Below are positions 8,182 to 18,500 of a stretch of 54,443 nt of DNA, piece after piece. Positions within the stretch are counted from its first letter, which is position 1; each line of letters opens with the position of its first letter. The notes under the pieces were generated by a model. That model searched no databases. It was not told where the DNA came from and was given only the letters and a program-made list of their open reading frames with translations. This DNA comes from Candidatus Parcubacteria bacterium (GTDB taxonomy: Bacteria; Patescibacteriota; Minisyncoccia; Phycocordibacterales; UBA2100), in the NCBI GenBank assembly GCA_003599295.1, contig QZJK01000014.1:1-54443 (forward strand), written 5' to 3'. Made by a program: the position numbers and the translations under genes.

Positions 8182-10452
8182 TTATAGCGTACTTTCAATC
8201 AGCTCAAGGAGGTTAAGAAGCTCTTGTGCTTCTGCATCATCAATCTTTCCCGCATCGCTTTTCTTCATTATCTTCTTCGAGAGACTCGAGAGTGCTTTGA
8301 TTAATGCCTGCTTGTTCTCAAGTTTCTCAACGCGCTTGAGCAAATCCTTTTTAAGGCTCTCCTTTATATCAAGTGCTTCGATCTTCGCCCTAAGCGCAGC
8401 GAGTATTTCTGGGTCAAGAACGACATCTTCTGACTGTGTCTCAAAGAGTCCAAGTAGTTCGAGAATTTCCTCAGCATCAGCAGTGTCCAACTTCCCTTTT
8501 GCTTCCTGCTCGGTCACTTTGCTCTCAAGCTTTTCGAGGATTTTTGCGTTCTCTTCTTTCTTTTTTTCTACCTTCTTTTCGAGATTCTCCAGTTTCTTGA
8601 GAAGATTCTTTTTGAGTTTTTCCTTAATCTCAGATTCTTGAACTTTCTGTCGAAGTAATGTGATGAGTTCGTTTAGTGCAGTCGGGAGAATCCCCAGTGT
8701 TTCTGGATTTTCATTGTCAACTGTTGTCACAAGCTCTATGACCTTTCCGAGAGTGATATTGCCTGTAAACGACGCCTCGACTGTCTGCGTCTCATTGATA
8801 TACGCTGTCTCAACTGTGTACGTACCGCTGTCTGTTCCTTCCGCATATATTTTATACTCACCATCGAGCGGATTGAGGATCGTAATGAACTCGGTATCAG
8901 TGTTAAACCCTGTGTAGAAGGCATTCGGTATTTCGTTTATCTCTATTCCATTTTCTTTCCCGATTTTCTTTCCACTTGGATCAAATACGAAGAGATCTGC
9001 AGGTGAAAGCATTTTAATCAAAAGGACTTTGACATTGGGGAGTTGAAAGTCGTGTATAAGAATTGGAGGTTCATCCCCGGTCAGAATTTCAAAAATCTCA
9101 CCTTCTGCAGATGCGGGAAGAGCCAGGTGATCTGTAGAATTTAAGATTATTTGAGTGTCAAGGAATGTCGTGCTTGGTGTTGGCACTGTACCATCTCCAG
9201 ATCCTAAGATTAATTCAGCAGGATATCCGTGTGGCCATTTCGGTAAGTACTGGGTCGAATCCGTCGCGTTAATTCCCGCGATTGTCTCACCTGTACCAAG
9301 TTCGCCAGCAACATTATGAATTTCGACTCCAGAGTTAAGCAAATCATCTGCGTTTGTATTTAGAATCTCTAAAAACACATTCGTGGGGTAGTTTGTTGGA
9401 TAATCGCGCAATTGAGCACCATCAAAAACATAATCATAAACTGGTAATAATTCGCGTACAGCCTCAATCGGCTCCGTTACAACATAGCTGAACAAATCTG
9501 GATATCCGTGCTCATGGGCTTCTTGAGAGAGCAGTAGTACCAACAGGAAGCTGTAAAGTCCGGGCCCAAACTCTCCTCCTTCCCACATTAGATACGCCTT
9601 GGGGGCGCCGAGGTGTGGGGTTCCGAGAAATATCAGCTGGTCGACGTCTTGTTCGTATGCGTCCGACTGGATGTACTGCCGGGCGACAAGACCGCCCATC
9701 GAATGTGCGACGAGGTCAACCTTCTCGCAACCGCAAATGTTTTTTACTTCATTTATCTTTTGTTTGAGAAGCACCGCAGTTTCTATGTTCGACTGCCTCC
9801 AATCATACGGGAAGGTGAAAAGGTCTAATCCCGGAGTGTACGCGTTTATATCGAGCGTCGCGATGAGGTCATCGTACGTATGCAGTATCGGGTCTATTAC
9901 CCATTCTCCGTTGTGCTCCTGCGAACCGAGTATACCCGGGACAATGATTACCGGGTCAGGCGAGTCTTCTGGAGGTTCGCCCCATTTCCAGTCGATGACA
10001 CCCCAACCGTTACTCGGCGGCGGGTTTGAACCATCCCGGAAGAAATTTAAGAATCGAGGTAGGTCGAACTGAAACGCTGGGCCGGTGCGTACTTCCCAAA
10101 CCGCCGCAAAAAATGGCTCTCCCTGTTGCGGATCGTTTAAAGGGAAAGGACGGTTCATTACCGCTTCCGTCGCAAATCCCATAAAGTTGCCAGCACCTGT
10201 CGAACTTCCGACAATGCCACGAAATAATCCGCCGTAGTGCGGAGCGAGAGGGGTGCCCGGCGGGATAGTGCCCACGTTCCACGTGCAGGCTTCAGTTGTC
10301 GTAGCGACCTCGTAAAAACCACCTTCAACAAAAGACTCCGTGTACGGAGGGCAGTAGAAGCCTATTTGATGTGGGCTTGAGGTGGCATCGGCATGCGCAA
10401 CTGTCGCAAAGCCTAGGGCTGCAACAAGAACAGCGGCACCCATCATCTTCAT
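8182..10452 (-). CDS. Secreted alpha/beta-hydrolase (LCAT/PGAP1-like lipase/acyltransferase) with duplicated helical C-terminal domains
   Basis: Signal peptide; PVIIVPGILGS, FPYDWR, AHSMGG nucleophile elbow, GTPHLG, GDGTVP; two Lys-rich repeats ending GK(L/I)D..(D/E)A.E(I/L)L (FIMAH-like). Confidence 0.88.
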   Translation of the reverse strand: MKMMGAAVLVAALGFATVAHADATSSPHQIGFYCPPYTESFVEGGFYEVATTTEACTWNVGTIPPGTPLAPHYGGLFRGIVGSSTGAGNFMGFATEAVMNRPFPLNDPQQGEPFFAAVWEVRTGPAFQFDLPRFLNFFRDGSNPPPSNGWGVIDWKWGEPPEDSPDPVIIVPGILGSQEHNGEWVIDPILHTYDDLIATLDINAYTPGLDLFTFPYDWRQSNIETAVLLKQKINEVKNICGCEKVDLVAHSMGGLVARQYIQSDAYEQDVDQLIFLGTPHLGAPKAYLMWEGGEFGPGLYSFLLVLLLSQEAHEHGYPDLFSYVVTEPIEAVRELLPVYDYVFDGAQLRDYPTNYPTNVFLEILNTNADDLLNSGVEIHNVAGELGTGETIAGINATDSTQYLPKWPHGYPAELILGSGDGTVPTPSTTFLDTQIILNSTDHLALPASAEGEIFEILTGDEPPILIHDFQLPNVKVLLIKMLSPADLFVFDPSGKKIGKENGIEINEIPNAFYTGFNTDTEFITILNPLDGEYKIYAEGTDSGTYTVETAYINETQTVEASFTGNITLGKVIELVTTVDNENPETLGILPTALNELITLLRQKVQESEIKEKLKKNLLKKLENLEKKVEKKKEENAKILEKLESKVTEQEAKGKLDTADAEEILELLGLFETQSEDVVLDPEILAALRAKIEALDIKESLKKDLLKRVEKLENKQALIKALSSLSKKIMKKSDAGKIDDAEAQELLNLLELIESTL

Positions 10453-10493
10453 GAAGACGATTGTATCACTCTAAATCGCTGTATTTTAGCTAT

Positions 10494-12746
10494 TTACGAC
10501 CCAATCGCTTGCATGAATGCAGGGTCGGTTTCGACGAGGCCGGGGGCGTCGCGGCGGAGCCGCTCGACGATTTGGAGTGCTTTGTCCTTGTCGCCCGTCA
10601 GGAAGTAGAGCTTCGCGAGATCATACACTTCCTCGTACTTCTCTGAATCCTCGGAAACAAAGTCCTGCATAAAACGGAGAGCGTTCGGCCAATCCTCAAT
10701 ACCGATGTAGTACTTTATCGCGCGCTGCGCCGTGTCGGCGTGTGGTTTCGTGTAGAGCGCGAGTCCTTCTGCCGCCCAGTTCGCCGCTTCTATGCGCTCT
10801 CCCATCACAAGGTAGAGTCCGGCGATGATGAAGCGCGGTTCCGCATAATTCGGAACGAGCTCCGTATATTCCTTGAGCACCTCAATGGCTTCCCGATACG
10901 CCTGATTGCGTGCGATGCCAGTTGCCGCATCTCCTTTTTTGAGCGAAATGTTCGCGAGCAGGTACCACGGCTGAATACGCTTGGGCGAGAGTTCAATAGC
11001 GCGCGCCAAGACCGCCCGCAGAAATTCCTCGTCCACTTCCGCAGCTTCCGGCGCGGAATCGAGCACATGTGCGAGATACACGGCCGTGCGCGCGTCATAC
11101 GGATAGCGCTCGTAGTTTGCGGCTAGCGTATCGCGCGCGAATTCATAGGCAGTGATGAGTTCTTCGCCTTCAAGCATGTGCTGTTGACGATCTGTATACA
11201 TGGAGTAGAGCTGGTACCCATACTCAATATCAGCATAGGTATTGAGTGAAAGTCCGCGCTCGAGGACGCTGGTCGTGCGATCTATATCAACGATGTGGTA
11301 GATGTATGCTTCCGCGAGCGCGAGATTGGCGCGAAGCGGCTGAATGAAAACCGGGTATAGAAACGTGAGTATGACCACGCCTGCGAGAAGAGACACGTGG
11401 CGCGGAAGCGTGATGCGCGATGGGGTTGTGGAAGTCGTTTCGTCCGACGCAGCATATGCGGCGGCAAGAAGCGCCAGTAAAAGCCACAGCGTCATGGAGG
11501 TATCGAACACGAAGAAGTTCTGCATGGCATACACGAGCACCGCGAGCAGAATATAGAGACCATACGTAGCTTTGAGGTCTCCGAGGGGTTGCTCTCCGCG
11601 TTTCTGCCAAAGCCGCCAGCTTGTCCACGCGAGCGACGCGACTAGCGCGAAATATAACAGAAAGCCAAGGATGCCGTACTGCACAAAGTAATCGAGATAT
11701 GCATTGTGCGAACGGTCGAACCACTGTTCGACGATGGCGCTCGGGTCGTAGACGCGATTAAAAAGGATATCTACGTGCTCCGCACCCACGCCCGTAATCG
11801 GCTGCTTTAGCGCCTCGCGCCCGACGTTCTCCCACACGAAGAGCCTGCTTGAGACGGTCACATCTTCAAGCGAGATAGAAGCTATACGCTGAAGGGGTGC
11901 GATGGGCACTTGCGCAATTTGCTCGCGAAATCCGACAAAAAGAGCCGCGACGAGAAGTGCTGCGGCAAGGCCGCCGCGCGCGTATGTGCGTCGGCGTCCC
12001 TCACCTCTCCAGGCAAGGTATACGGTGATCAAGAGACCGATGAGTACGAAGGCGAGGATGCCGCCGCGAGTCGCGGTCAAAAAAATGGCAAGAAGCTGAA
12101 GCGCAGCTCCACTGAAGAGCACTTTCGCCGTCCACGGAGCGTGGCGCATGGCACGCCAGTATTCCGACACCACGGAGAGCGTCGCGAAGAACGTGAGCCC
12201 TAGGTATGCCGCGAGAAATGCCGCATTGCCCAAGGTCGAGCCGACGCGGCCGCGGGTCTCATCGGTGATAAGCGGAATGTTCACTCCGAAGGTCAACTGG
12301 AGCCACTGCAACACGGCGTAGAGCGCGACGAGGGAGCCGACCCACGCGACAGCCGTGAGCAATCGCCGCAGAAAATCTTTGTCCGCATACAAAAGAATAA
12401 GATAAAAGAAGAGGACTGCCGCCGTGAGGGTCAGCAAGCCGTCGCCGCGGTCGTAGATAGACCAAAAGCTGTGATAGAAATCGGTGCCGACAAATGACGT
12501 TATATACGCAACAACAAGCAGGGCACCGGGAATCCACGATACAAGATGCCGCAAGCGGCCGAAGCGGAATGTATGTCCGGAGAATACGAGATAGACAAAC
12601 GCGGCTGCTGCCACAATGGCGAGTGCGCGGAAAAAAAGCGTTTTCGGCGCTACGAACGGATACAAAAGCCCTTCGACGTATACGAGCGGCAATACTGCCG
12701 GCGCAAGTAAAATCCAAGGAAACGCCCTAGCGATAAGCTCCGTCAT
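10494..12746 (-). CDS. O-antigen ligase family (Wzy_C) membrane protein with C-terminal TPR-like region; possible protein O-oligosaccharyltransferase
   Basis: Multiple TMs; R.GSTLGNAAFLA, T.TRGG, PITGVG and DRSHNAYLD motifs; helical repeat C-terminus. Confidence 0.85.
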   Translation of the reverse strand: MTELIARAFPWILLAPAVLPLVYVEGLLYPFVAPKTLFFRALAIVAAAAFVYLVFSGHTFRFGRLRHLVSWIPGALLVVAYITSFVGTDFYHSFWSIYDRGDGLLTLTAAVLFFYLILLYADKDFLRRLLTAVAWVGSLVALYAVLQWLQLTFGVNIPLITDETRGRVGSTLGNAAFLAAYLGLTFFATLSVVSEYWRAMRHAPWTAKVLFSGAALQLLAIFLTATRGGILAFVLIGLLITVYLAWRGEGRRRTYARGGLAAALLVAALFVGFREQIAQVPIAPLQRIASISLEDVTVSSRLFVWENVGREALKQPITGVGAEHVDILFNRVYDPSAIVEQWFDRSHNAYLDYFVQYGILGFLLYFALVASLAWTSWRLWQKRGEQPLGDLKATYGLYILLAVLVYAMQNFFVFDTSMTLWLLLALLAAAYAASDETTSTTPSRITLPRHVSLLAGVVILTFLYPVFIQPLRANLALAEAYIYHIVDIDRTTSVLERGLSLNTYADIEYGYQLYSMYTDRQQHMLEGEELITAYEFARDTLAANYERYPYDARTAVYLAHVLDSAPEAAEVDEEFLRAVLARAIELSPKRIQPWYLLANISLKKGDAATGIARNQAYREAIEVLKEYTELVPNYAEPRFIIAGLYLVMGERIEAANWAAEGLALYTKPHADTAQRAIKYYIGIEDWPNALRFMQDFVSEDSEKYEEVYDLAKLYFLTGDKDKALQIVERLRRDAPGLVETDPAFMQAIGS

Positions 12747-13357
12747 TCAAAATTGGACTCTTCGGGACTTGCGCTCAAGGTTTCCTGCGCAGCCGTGAGT
12801 GCCTCCGTATCCTCCGGCATGTACCAGCGCAAGAAATCAATGTACGCACGGTGGTACTGGATAATGTGCGATTCCGCTTGAATGGCATTTTCGAACGCGA
12901 CTTTCGCGCTTTCGAGCGCGCCGAGGCGTGCAAGAAGCTGGCCCATGTTGTGCCACGCAAGCCCTGTTTTGTCGGCGTCTTCGGTAAGCGCGCGCCCCAG
13001 ATACTCATACTCTTTCTTTCCGTCGCCTAGCAAGTGATGTTGATTGGCGATACCGACGTAGAGAATGTAGTCCGGCTCTTCCCCTTTCCCCAACATTCCC
13101 TCGAGTCGCGCTATCTCCGCTCGCGCACCCGCTTCCAATTCTCCGTCGTCGTTATGAGAGCCCTCGAGCTCCCAGGATGCAACGCGCTCGCCGGGCTGGA
13201 GCGGGAATGGATGTTGAGAAGAGGAGCCTCCCCACATCCACCATGCGCCGAGGCCGAGAATAATGAGAGCCGCCGCCCCGAGAGCGATGTTGCGCCAAGG
13301 CGATGAGGTGGCTAGCGAGGTGTCTTCCGTACTCACATTTTCTGCGGGATTCTCCAT
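12743..13357 (-). CDS. Membrane-anchored TPR protein
   Basis: N-terminal TM; LAWHNMGQLLARLG..A..AFENAI TPR; stop overlaps next ATG (ATGA); start MENPAE has TACACT 8 nt upstream. Confidence 0.75.
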   Translation of the reverse strand: MENPAENVSTEDTSLATSSPWRNIALGAAALIILGLGAWWMWGGSSSQHPFPLQPGERVASWELEGSHNDDGELEAGARAEIARLEGMLGKGEEPDYILYVGIANQHHLLGDGKKEYEYLGRALTEDADKTGLAWHNMGQLLARLGALESAKVAFENAIQAESHIIQYHRAYIDFLRWYMPEDTEALTAAQETLSASPEESNFE

Positions 13358-13390
13358 GAGCGCAAAGTGTACCTCAAGGCACAAAAACTG

Positions 13391-13416
13391 CAAACCCCCC
13401 AAAAGAGGGGGGTTTG
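13391..13416 (-). terminator. Terminator-like hairpin after the peptidoglycan-binding gene
   Basis: CAAACCCCCC-loop-GGGGGGTTTG; a T-run follows on the minus strand. Confidence 0.65.
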
Positions 13417-13435
13417 TGTGCAAAATGCCTTTTGG

Positions 13436-14554
13436 CTACATGCCTGCAACGAACGCCCTCGTCTTCGGGCCGAAGTAGCCGACCGATGGCGTGATGCCGT
13501 TCGCCGCTTGGAACTTCGCGAGTGCCGCCTGCGTCAATGAACCAAAGTAATTCGTTTCATTGCCGGGGGAGCCAACGCCGCTTTCAGCTATTATGAAGCC
13601 ATTCGCGTTCAGGAATTGCTGAAGAGCAAGCACGTCACCGCCTGTTCCACCGACTTCGAGGTCGCGGGTGAATGATGCGGATGCCGCTCCCGGCGCTCCC
13701 GTTGTTGGTGTGGGTGTAGAGACTCCCACAGCACCTCCTGCGTTTACGAACGCTCGGGTCTTCGGGCCGAAGTAGCCGACCGATGGCGTGATGCCGTTCG
13801 CCGCTTGGAACTTCGCGAGTGCCGCGCGGGTAAGACCGCCAAAGGTCGTCGTTTCGTTCCCCGGTGAGCCAGGGCCGCTTTCGGCAATCATGAAGCCGTT
13901 CGCGTTCAAGAATTTCTGGAGTGCGAGGACCTCGTCGCCCGTTCCGCCCACTTCGAGATTGCGAGTGAATACAGTGCTCGCGCCCTGTAATTGGGCAAGT
14001 TGAGATTGAAGGGCTGTAAGTTGTCCCTGGAGTGTCGCCGTGTCAGAGGTTTGTTGAGTTGTTGTGGGTGTTGTTGTCGCGGTCGTGGTAGTAGTCGTTG
14101 CTTGCGTAGTAACTTGCGTTGCCACACTGCTTCCACCGCCACCACCACCGCCGCCGCCGCCGCCGCCGCCGCCCGCAGCGGTCGTACAGAGCGTGCCTAG
14201 CGGCGTGATAACCACTGTGCGAGTGGCAGTTGCTTCATAGCGAAGGCGTGATTCTGAACCTGAGCAAATGTTCACTGTCGCGTCATCCAGAGTACTCGGG
14301 TTAAGCTCGTTCCGATCCGGCGCAGTCACTTCAAACACCGAGTTATCGAGAAGTGTCACGGAGACATTCCCGCTTTCAACCGTAATTGATTCCACGGTCG
14401 CGCTTGAGCCGGTCACGTTGAGAGTGATGCCATTGACCGTAAGTACAGTATCAGTCGTGAGGGTTACGTCGTCAGACGCCGCAAACGCGAAGACAGGGGC
14501 GAGAAGAAGAATCGCGGCTAAGCTTAAACCTGCTCGTGTGAGCGTGCGTGTCAT
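13436..14554 (-). CDS. Secreted protein with two peptidoglycan-binding (PG_binding_1-like) repeats, poly-Gly and Thr-rich linker
   Basis: Signal peptide; two FTR.LEVG.TG..V.ALQ.FLN...GSPGNET..FG.LT.AAL.KFQ..NGI...GYFGPKTR units. Confidence 0.88.
   Translation of the reverse strand: MTRTLTRAGLSLAAILLLAPVFAFAASDDVTLTTDTVLTVNGITLNVTGSSATVESITVESGNVSVTLLDNSVFEVTAPDRNELNPSTLDDATVNICSGSESRLRYEATATRTVVITPLGTLCTTAAGGGGGGGGGGGGGGSSVATQVTTQATTTTTTATTTPTTTQQTSDTATLQGQLTALQSQLAQLQGASTVFTRNLEVGGTGDEVLALQKFLNANGFMIAESGPGSPGNETTTFGGLTRAALAKFQAANGITPSVGYFGPKTRAFVNAGGAVGVSTPTPTTGAPGAASASFTRDLEVGGTGGDVLALQQFLNANGFIIAESGVGSPGNETNYFGSLTQAALAKFQAANGITPSVGYFGPKTRAFVAGM
13461..13825. repeat. 68-bp identical direct repeat (13461-13528 and 13758-13825) in the two PG-binding modules
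   Basis: GTCTTCGGGCCGAAG...CGCGAGTGCCGC is identical in both copies, 297 bp apart. Confidence 0.9.
14132..14173. repeat. (GCC/ACC)n trinucleotide tract encoding Gly14
   Basis: Directly visible. Confidence 0.9.
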
Positions 14555-14595
14555 ATATTATTTGAGTTTACTAGAGCTGCTAAATGACACGACGC

Positions 14596-15270
14596 TTATC
14601 GTACTGCCCAGAAGTTGAGTGAATTGATCCCGGTCGCTGTTGTGACGGTGAACCCAAGATTTGTGATGTCAACTTGAATCACATCCGTAGCGGTCGAGGA
14701 GGCCGCTTGAATGACGAATACGTCGGGCAGAGAACTGGTCGCTTGCACGAATATCCTGTCTCCGGAAACTACTCCTGTTGCACCCGCGCAGGAGGCCATG
14801 CCGGTCGTGGAAGCAGTGATGGTCACCGTGGGGAATGTGCAATATCCCGTTACCATACCGTTTATAGTGGTTGCGTTGGGCTCATCCCCTACTTTTACCG
14901 CCGAGGTACTAGCCGTCCCAACGAGAACAAGATTGGTTGCAGTTAGTGTTATGTCGCCATCCGTAGCGTTGGCAATCGTTTCGCCATTGCGAAGTGTGAT
15001 CACGCCGGTAGAGTTGATGGTCGTCGTTGCCGTGCCGCCGAAGTAAGCGGTGTCGTGCACAGAGAATCTGGTCGAGGAGGCCTGTATCATAGAGGTGAGG
15101 CCTGTGAGCGTGGACGCGCCGGTGACGCTAAGTGTCCCGCCAGTTGAAATATTCGTTGAGATGGTCGTCGCCGCGCTGACGCCGCCTACGACAAAAAGAA
15201 CGCCGACGAGAACGGCGAGGATCATCTTCAGCAAATTGCTGTCCCTGATAAGTGAAAACGTGCTTTTCAT
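14596..15270 (-). CDS. Exported Thr/Ser-rich beta-structured surface protein
   Basis: Hydrophobic N-terminus followed by AATTISTNISTGG; T/S/A/G-rich composition typical of Parcubacteria surface proteins. Confidence 0.7.
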   Translation of the reverse strand: MKSTFSLIRDSNLLKMILAVLVGVLFVVGGVSAATTISTNISTGGTLSVTGASTLTGLTSMIQASSTRFSVHDTAYFGGTATTTINSTGVITLRNGETIANATDGDITLTATNLVLVGTASTSAVKVGDEPNATTINGMVTGYCTFPTVTITASTTGMASCAGATGVVSGDRIFVQATSSLPDVFVIQAASSTATDVIQVDITNLGFTVTTATGINSLNFWAVR

Positions 15271-15460
15271 AAATAGTATGATTATTGCTAATTTCTTATA
15301 ATTATTTCAATTGTCTCAATTGAAACTTACAGGCCAGAGGCCCGCGTATACTTTGCAAGTATAGACCTTTTTGCCCGCCGCTTCCGTTTTTCCCAAAAAG
15401 GTGTGGATATCTTTCAGTCTCCAATAGGAAAGTAGTGGGGGGGTTCCGCCCCCATAGCAA

Positions 15461-15491
15461 CAGCCCCTCACCAAATGTTGGTGAGGGGCTG
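15461..15491 (-). terminator. Strong hairpin downstream of the S-layer-like gene
   Basis: CAGCCCCTCACCAA-ATG-TTGGTGAGGGGCTG, a 14-bp perfect stem. Confidence 0.7.
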
Positions 15492-15555
15492 GAGCTGTTT
15501 GCCGGATCGTTCTCCTCCGGCCAGAGCTAGCTAAGAGTAGCTAGAAACCATGCGA

Positions 15556-18500
15556 CTAGAACGCGACGTTCCTGTTCCCGATCGGGAGAGGAAGAGACTT
15601 CACGAGGTAGTCGTTGGTCCAGTCAGCGGTCGTCGCGCTGTGCGAGGTCGCCGAGCGGTCCGTCCACACGAACGTGTTCGTGGCATTGCCAGCCCCTCCT
15701 GCGTTCATGTTCGCGAACGTCGTTGACGTCGCGGATGTGGTGTTCGGATTGGCGATCCGCACGCTCAAGTTGCTTCCCGCCGCGAGACCTCCTACTGTCG
15801 TACGCAATTCGTACAACTGTGAGGCGCCGGCCGCAAGCTGCTGTTCACTGTCAGCAATGAAGATAATGTCACCTGACGTTGCGGTAGTAGTGAACATCTG
15901 CGACTGGTTGGCTTGGCTACCTGTCGTCGTCGAGAAGGAGCCTGCCACGCTGACGTTCGCCGGCATGCGGTACAGCTTGACCGTCGTCGTTGCGTCGAGC
16001 GTTACTGCCGCCGTCTTGTTGATCGCGAAGACAGCCTTTCTCCAGCCCATAGAGCCGCCGGAGTTCGCGCTGACCGTGAAGCGTCCGATGACTTGGTCTG
16101 AACCGGCGACAAGTGCGTCGGTTATCGGAGTCGATGAGAGCGTCGGGATGGAACCGCGGACGACGAAGTCGCCCGAGCCTGCGGTTGCAGACCCGTCTAG
16201 GTCAGCACCGTCAAGCGTTGTCGTTGCAGTGCCCGAGCTGTCAACTGCTCTGAATCCGTCGGTTACACCGTTGTCGATAAGGACCGAGATGGTCTTACCG
16301 GATGATGCACCGGACGAGAGTGTCGGGATGTTCACGAGAACGTCAACATCTCCGCTGTCATCAGCAGGGATGAAGAAGTCGAGACCGGTGAAGGTCGCCG
16401 TCGCGTGTGTCTGCTGCGCTCCTGAAGAGAGCGTGAGCGACCCTGTCTTTTCTTCTGTCGCACCAAGAGAGTTCTTGTAGCGTAGTTTGACAGATGCGAC
16501 TGAAGTCGCCGCGTCTGCCGGGATTAGCACTTTCAACTCTTCGACCTTGAAGGATGAGTTCTGGGTCGTGAAGGTGAACGAGCCGGCTTGGACGTCGGAC
16601 GTACCTGCGACGACGTTCAGTGAGTCGGGGTTCCCCGCACCTACGGCCGTTGTGAATGTACCCGTGCCGACCGTGATGGTCTGGAGAGTGAGATCAGTGC
16701 CGACGGTAATTGCATTACCGGTCGTGAGTCCTGTACCACCTGTATTTCCAGAGCCTGACGTGATCACTGCCGTCCAAGTACCGGCGTTAGAGCCGGACTT
16801 GATGTTACCGACGATGTCTATCGTCTTCGAGCCCGAAGCCGGAATGTTGAAGTTGACCGAATACGTGTTCGTAGCGCCGAGCGTCGGCTTCGTCGTGCCT
16901 ATCTGCGTCCCCGTGGCGTTATCCACAAGCCGCATGTCGGTAATCGTTGCCGCCTCGTCAGTCGAGAGTGTGACCACGATGGTGTTCACGTTCACCCCTT
17001 CCGTCGCGCTCGCGGAGAGCGTGAAGCTTCCGAGTTTCGCGTTCGAGGTGCCGGCAATCATGGTCTGATCACCATACCCTGATGCCTTAGACGCGGTGAG
17101 TGCGGCGGAGGTAAGCGTAACCGTGTTCGCCGCCAAGTCCGAACTCGGAATGTTGAGGGATGTGAGTGATACCTGGCCCAGACCGTTCGAGGAGCCGTCA
17201 TCAAGAGTGATGGCTGCTGTTTCGCCAGAGACGAATGCCGCGCCGGTTGTCGATTTGGCATCTGCGTAGATGTCAACGATACCCACTTCCCCTGCTTTGA
17301 GAATCATGCTTGAGCCGAAGGTGAATTCAATGTCCGTCGCATCGGTCAGGTCCTTCGTGGAGCCGACCTGTACGCCGTTAAAGAACACCTTACCGTTGTC
17401 AAGACCGCGATCAGCGCTGGTGTTGGCGTTAACGTTGAGAGACTCAACCTTGACGTCTTCTCCTGCGGCGCGCATCTCGAAGGTCGCCCATTTGACGTTC
17501 GATATGCCGGGCGCTACTGCCGATGAAAGCGAGTTCGCCGCCTTCACGACTGAAACGGTTCCGACGTCGATAGTCGCCGAAGTGGCCGAACGCGCCGAGA
17601 AGGCGCTGCCAGCCGCTGTTGCAAGGATCGGTTGGTTCAAGTCGGTATCAACGAAGCGTGCATCGCCTGCACGGCGAAGTGAGAACTGGAAGGTCGAGTT
17701 TGAGCCGCCGACGATGTCGCCGACAACTTTAATCACTCGTCCACCCGTCTCAAGACGCTTGGGAGCTCCTGTGAGGTCCCAGTAAAGAGAGGCCTCGCCC
17801 GAGTTGAGCTGCGCAAGCGTGTTACCTACCTGCACGCCGTCAACGAAGAGCTGTAAGTTCTTGATGTCGTCATTGTCGATAGAACCGATGTTACGAAGCT
17901 GGAACGACTGCAGGTCGACTGCGCGCGTCCCGATAGTAACCGTGTTCTGCCACACGACGTAGTCGTCCTGCGGAGCGACTGCCGTTGCAGACGGAAGCGT
18001 CGTTCCGCCGAAATCAGCTGTCGCGAGCGTTGCCGCCGAGACTGTCTGAATACCGCCGGTGATCGGAAGAACGACTGTCGTGTCGAGAGCTCCCGACGCC
18101 GCTACTGAATTGAGTTGTACCCCGACTTGCTGGCCGGAAGTGCCCGTATCAATGTCAGAACGTACGGAGATGGATCTTGATTGGCCCGGAGCGAGCGAGA
18201 AGAGACCCGCCGAATCGTTGAAGCTGAACGCCGAGTTCGAGACTCCCGCTGAATCCGTGAGCCGCGCTGCCCCTTCGTAGAGGTAGACGGCCTCCAGAGT
18301 CGCGTCGTTCGATACGCCAATGCGCATGAACGCAAGGTTCGTCACGTTGATGGTCGAGCCGGTCGGGTTCGAGAAGGTGAACTTCCCGAGTTCGCCGATG
18401 GCCTGGCCCGCGACGAGTGCGACGTTTACGGGCGAGTCTGCTGCGAGCATGACCTTGAGGCCGTTACCCGTTATCGGAACTCCCGGACCTGGAGTGACTA

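Noticed and set aside
13461-13825. DGR template/variable repeat pair
   Set aside because: The copies are identical with no adenine-specific differences, both are in-frame domain repeats, and there is no reverse transcriptase in the window.
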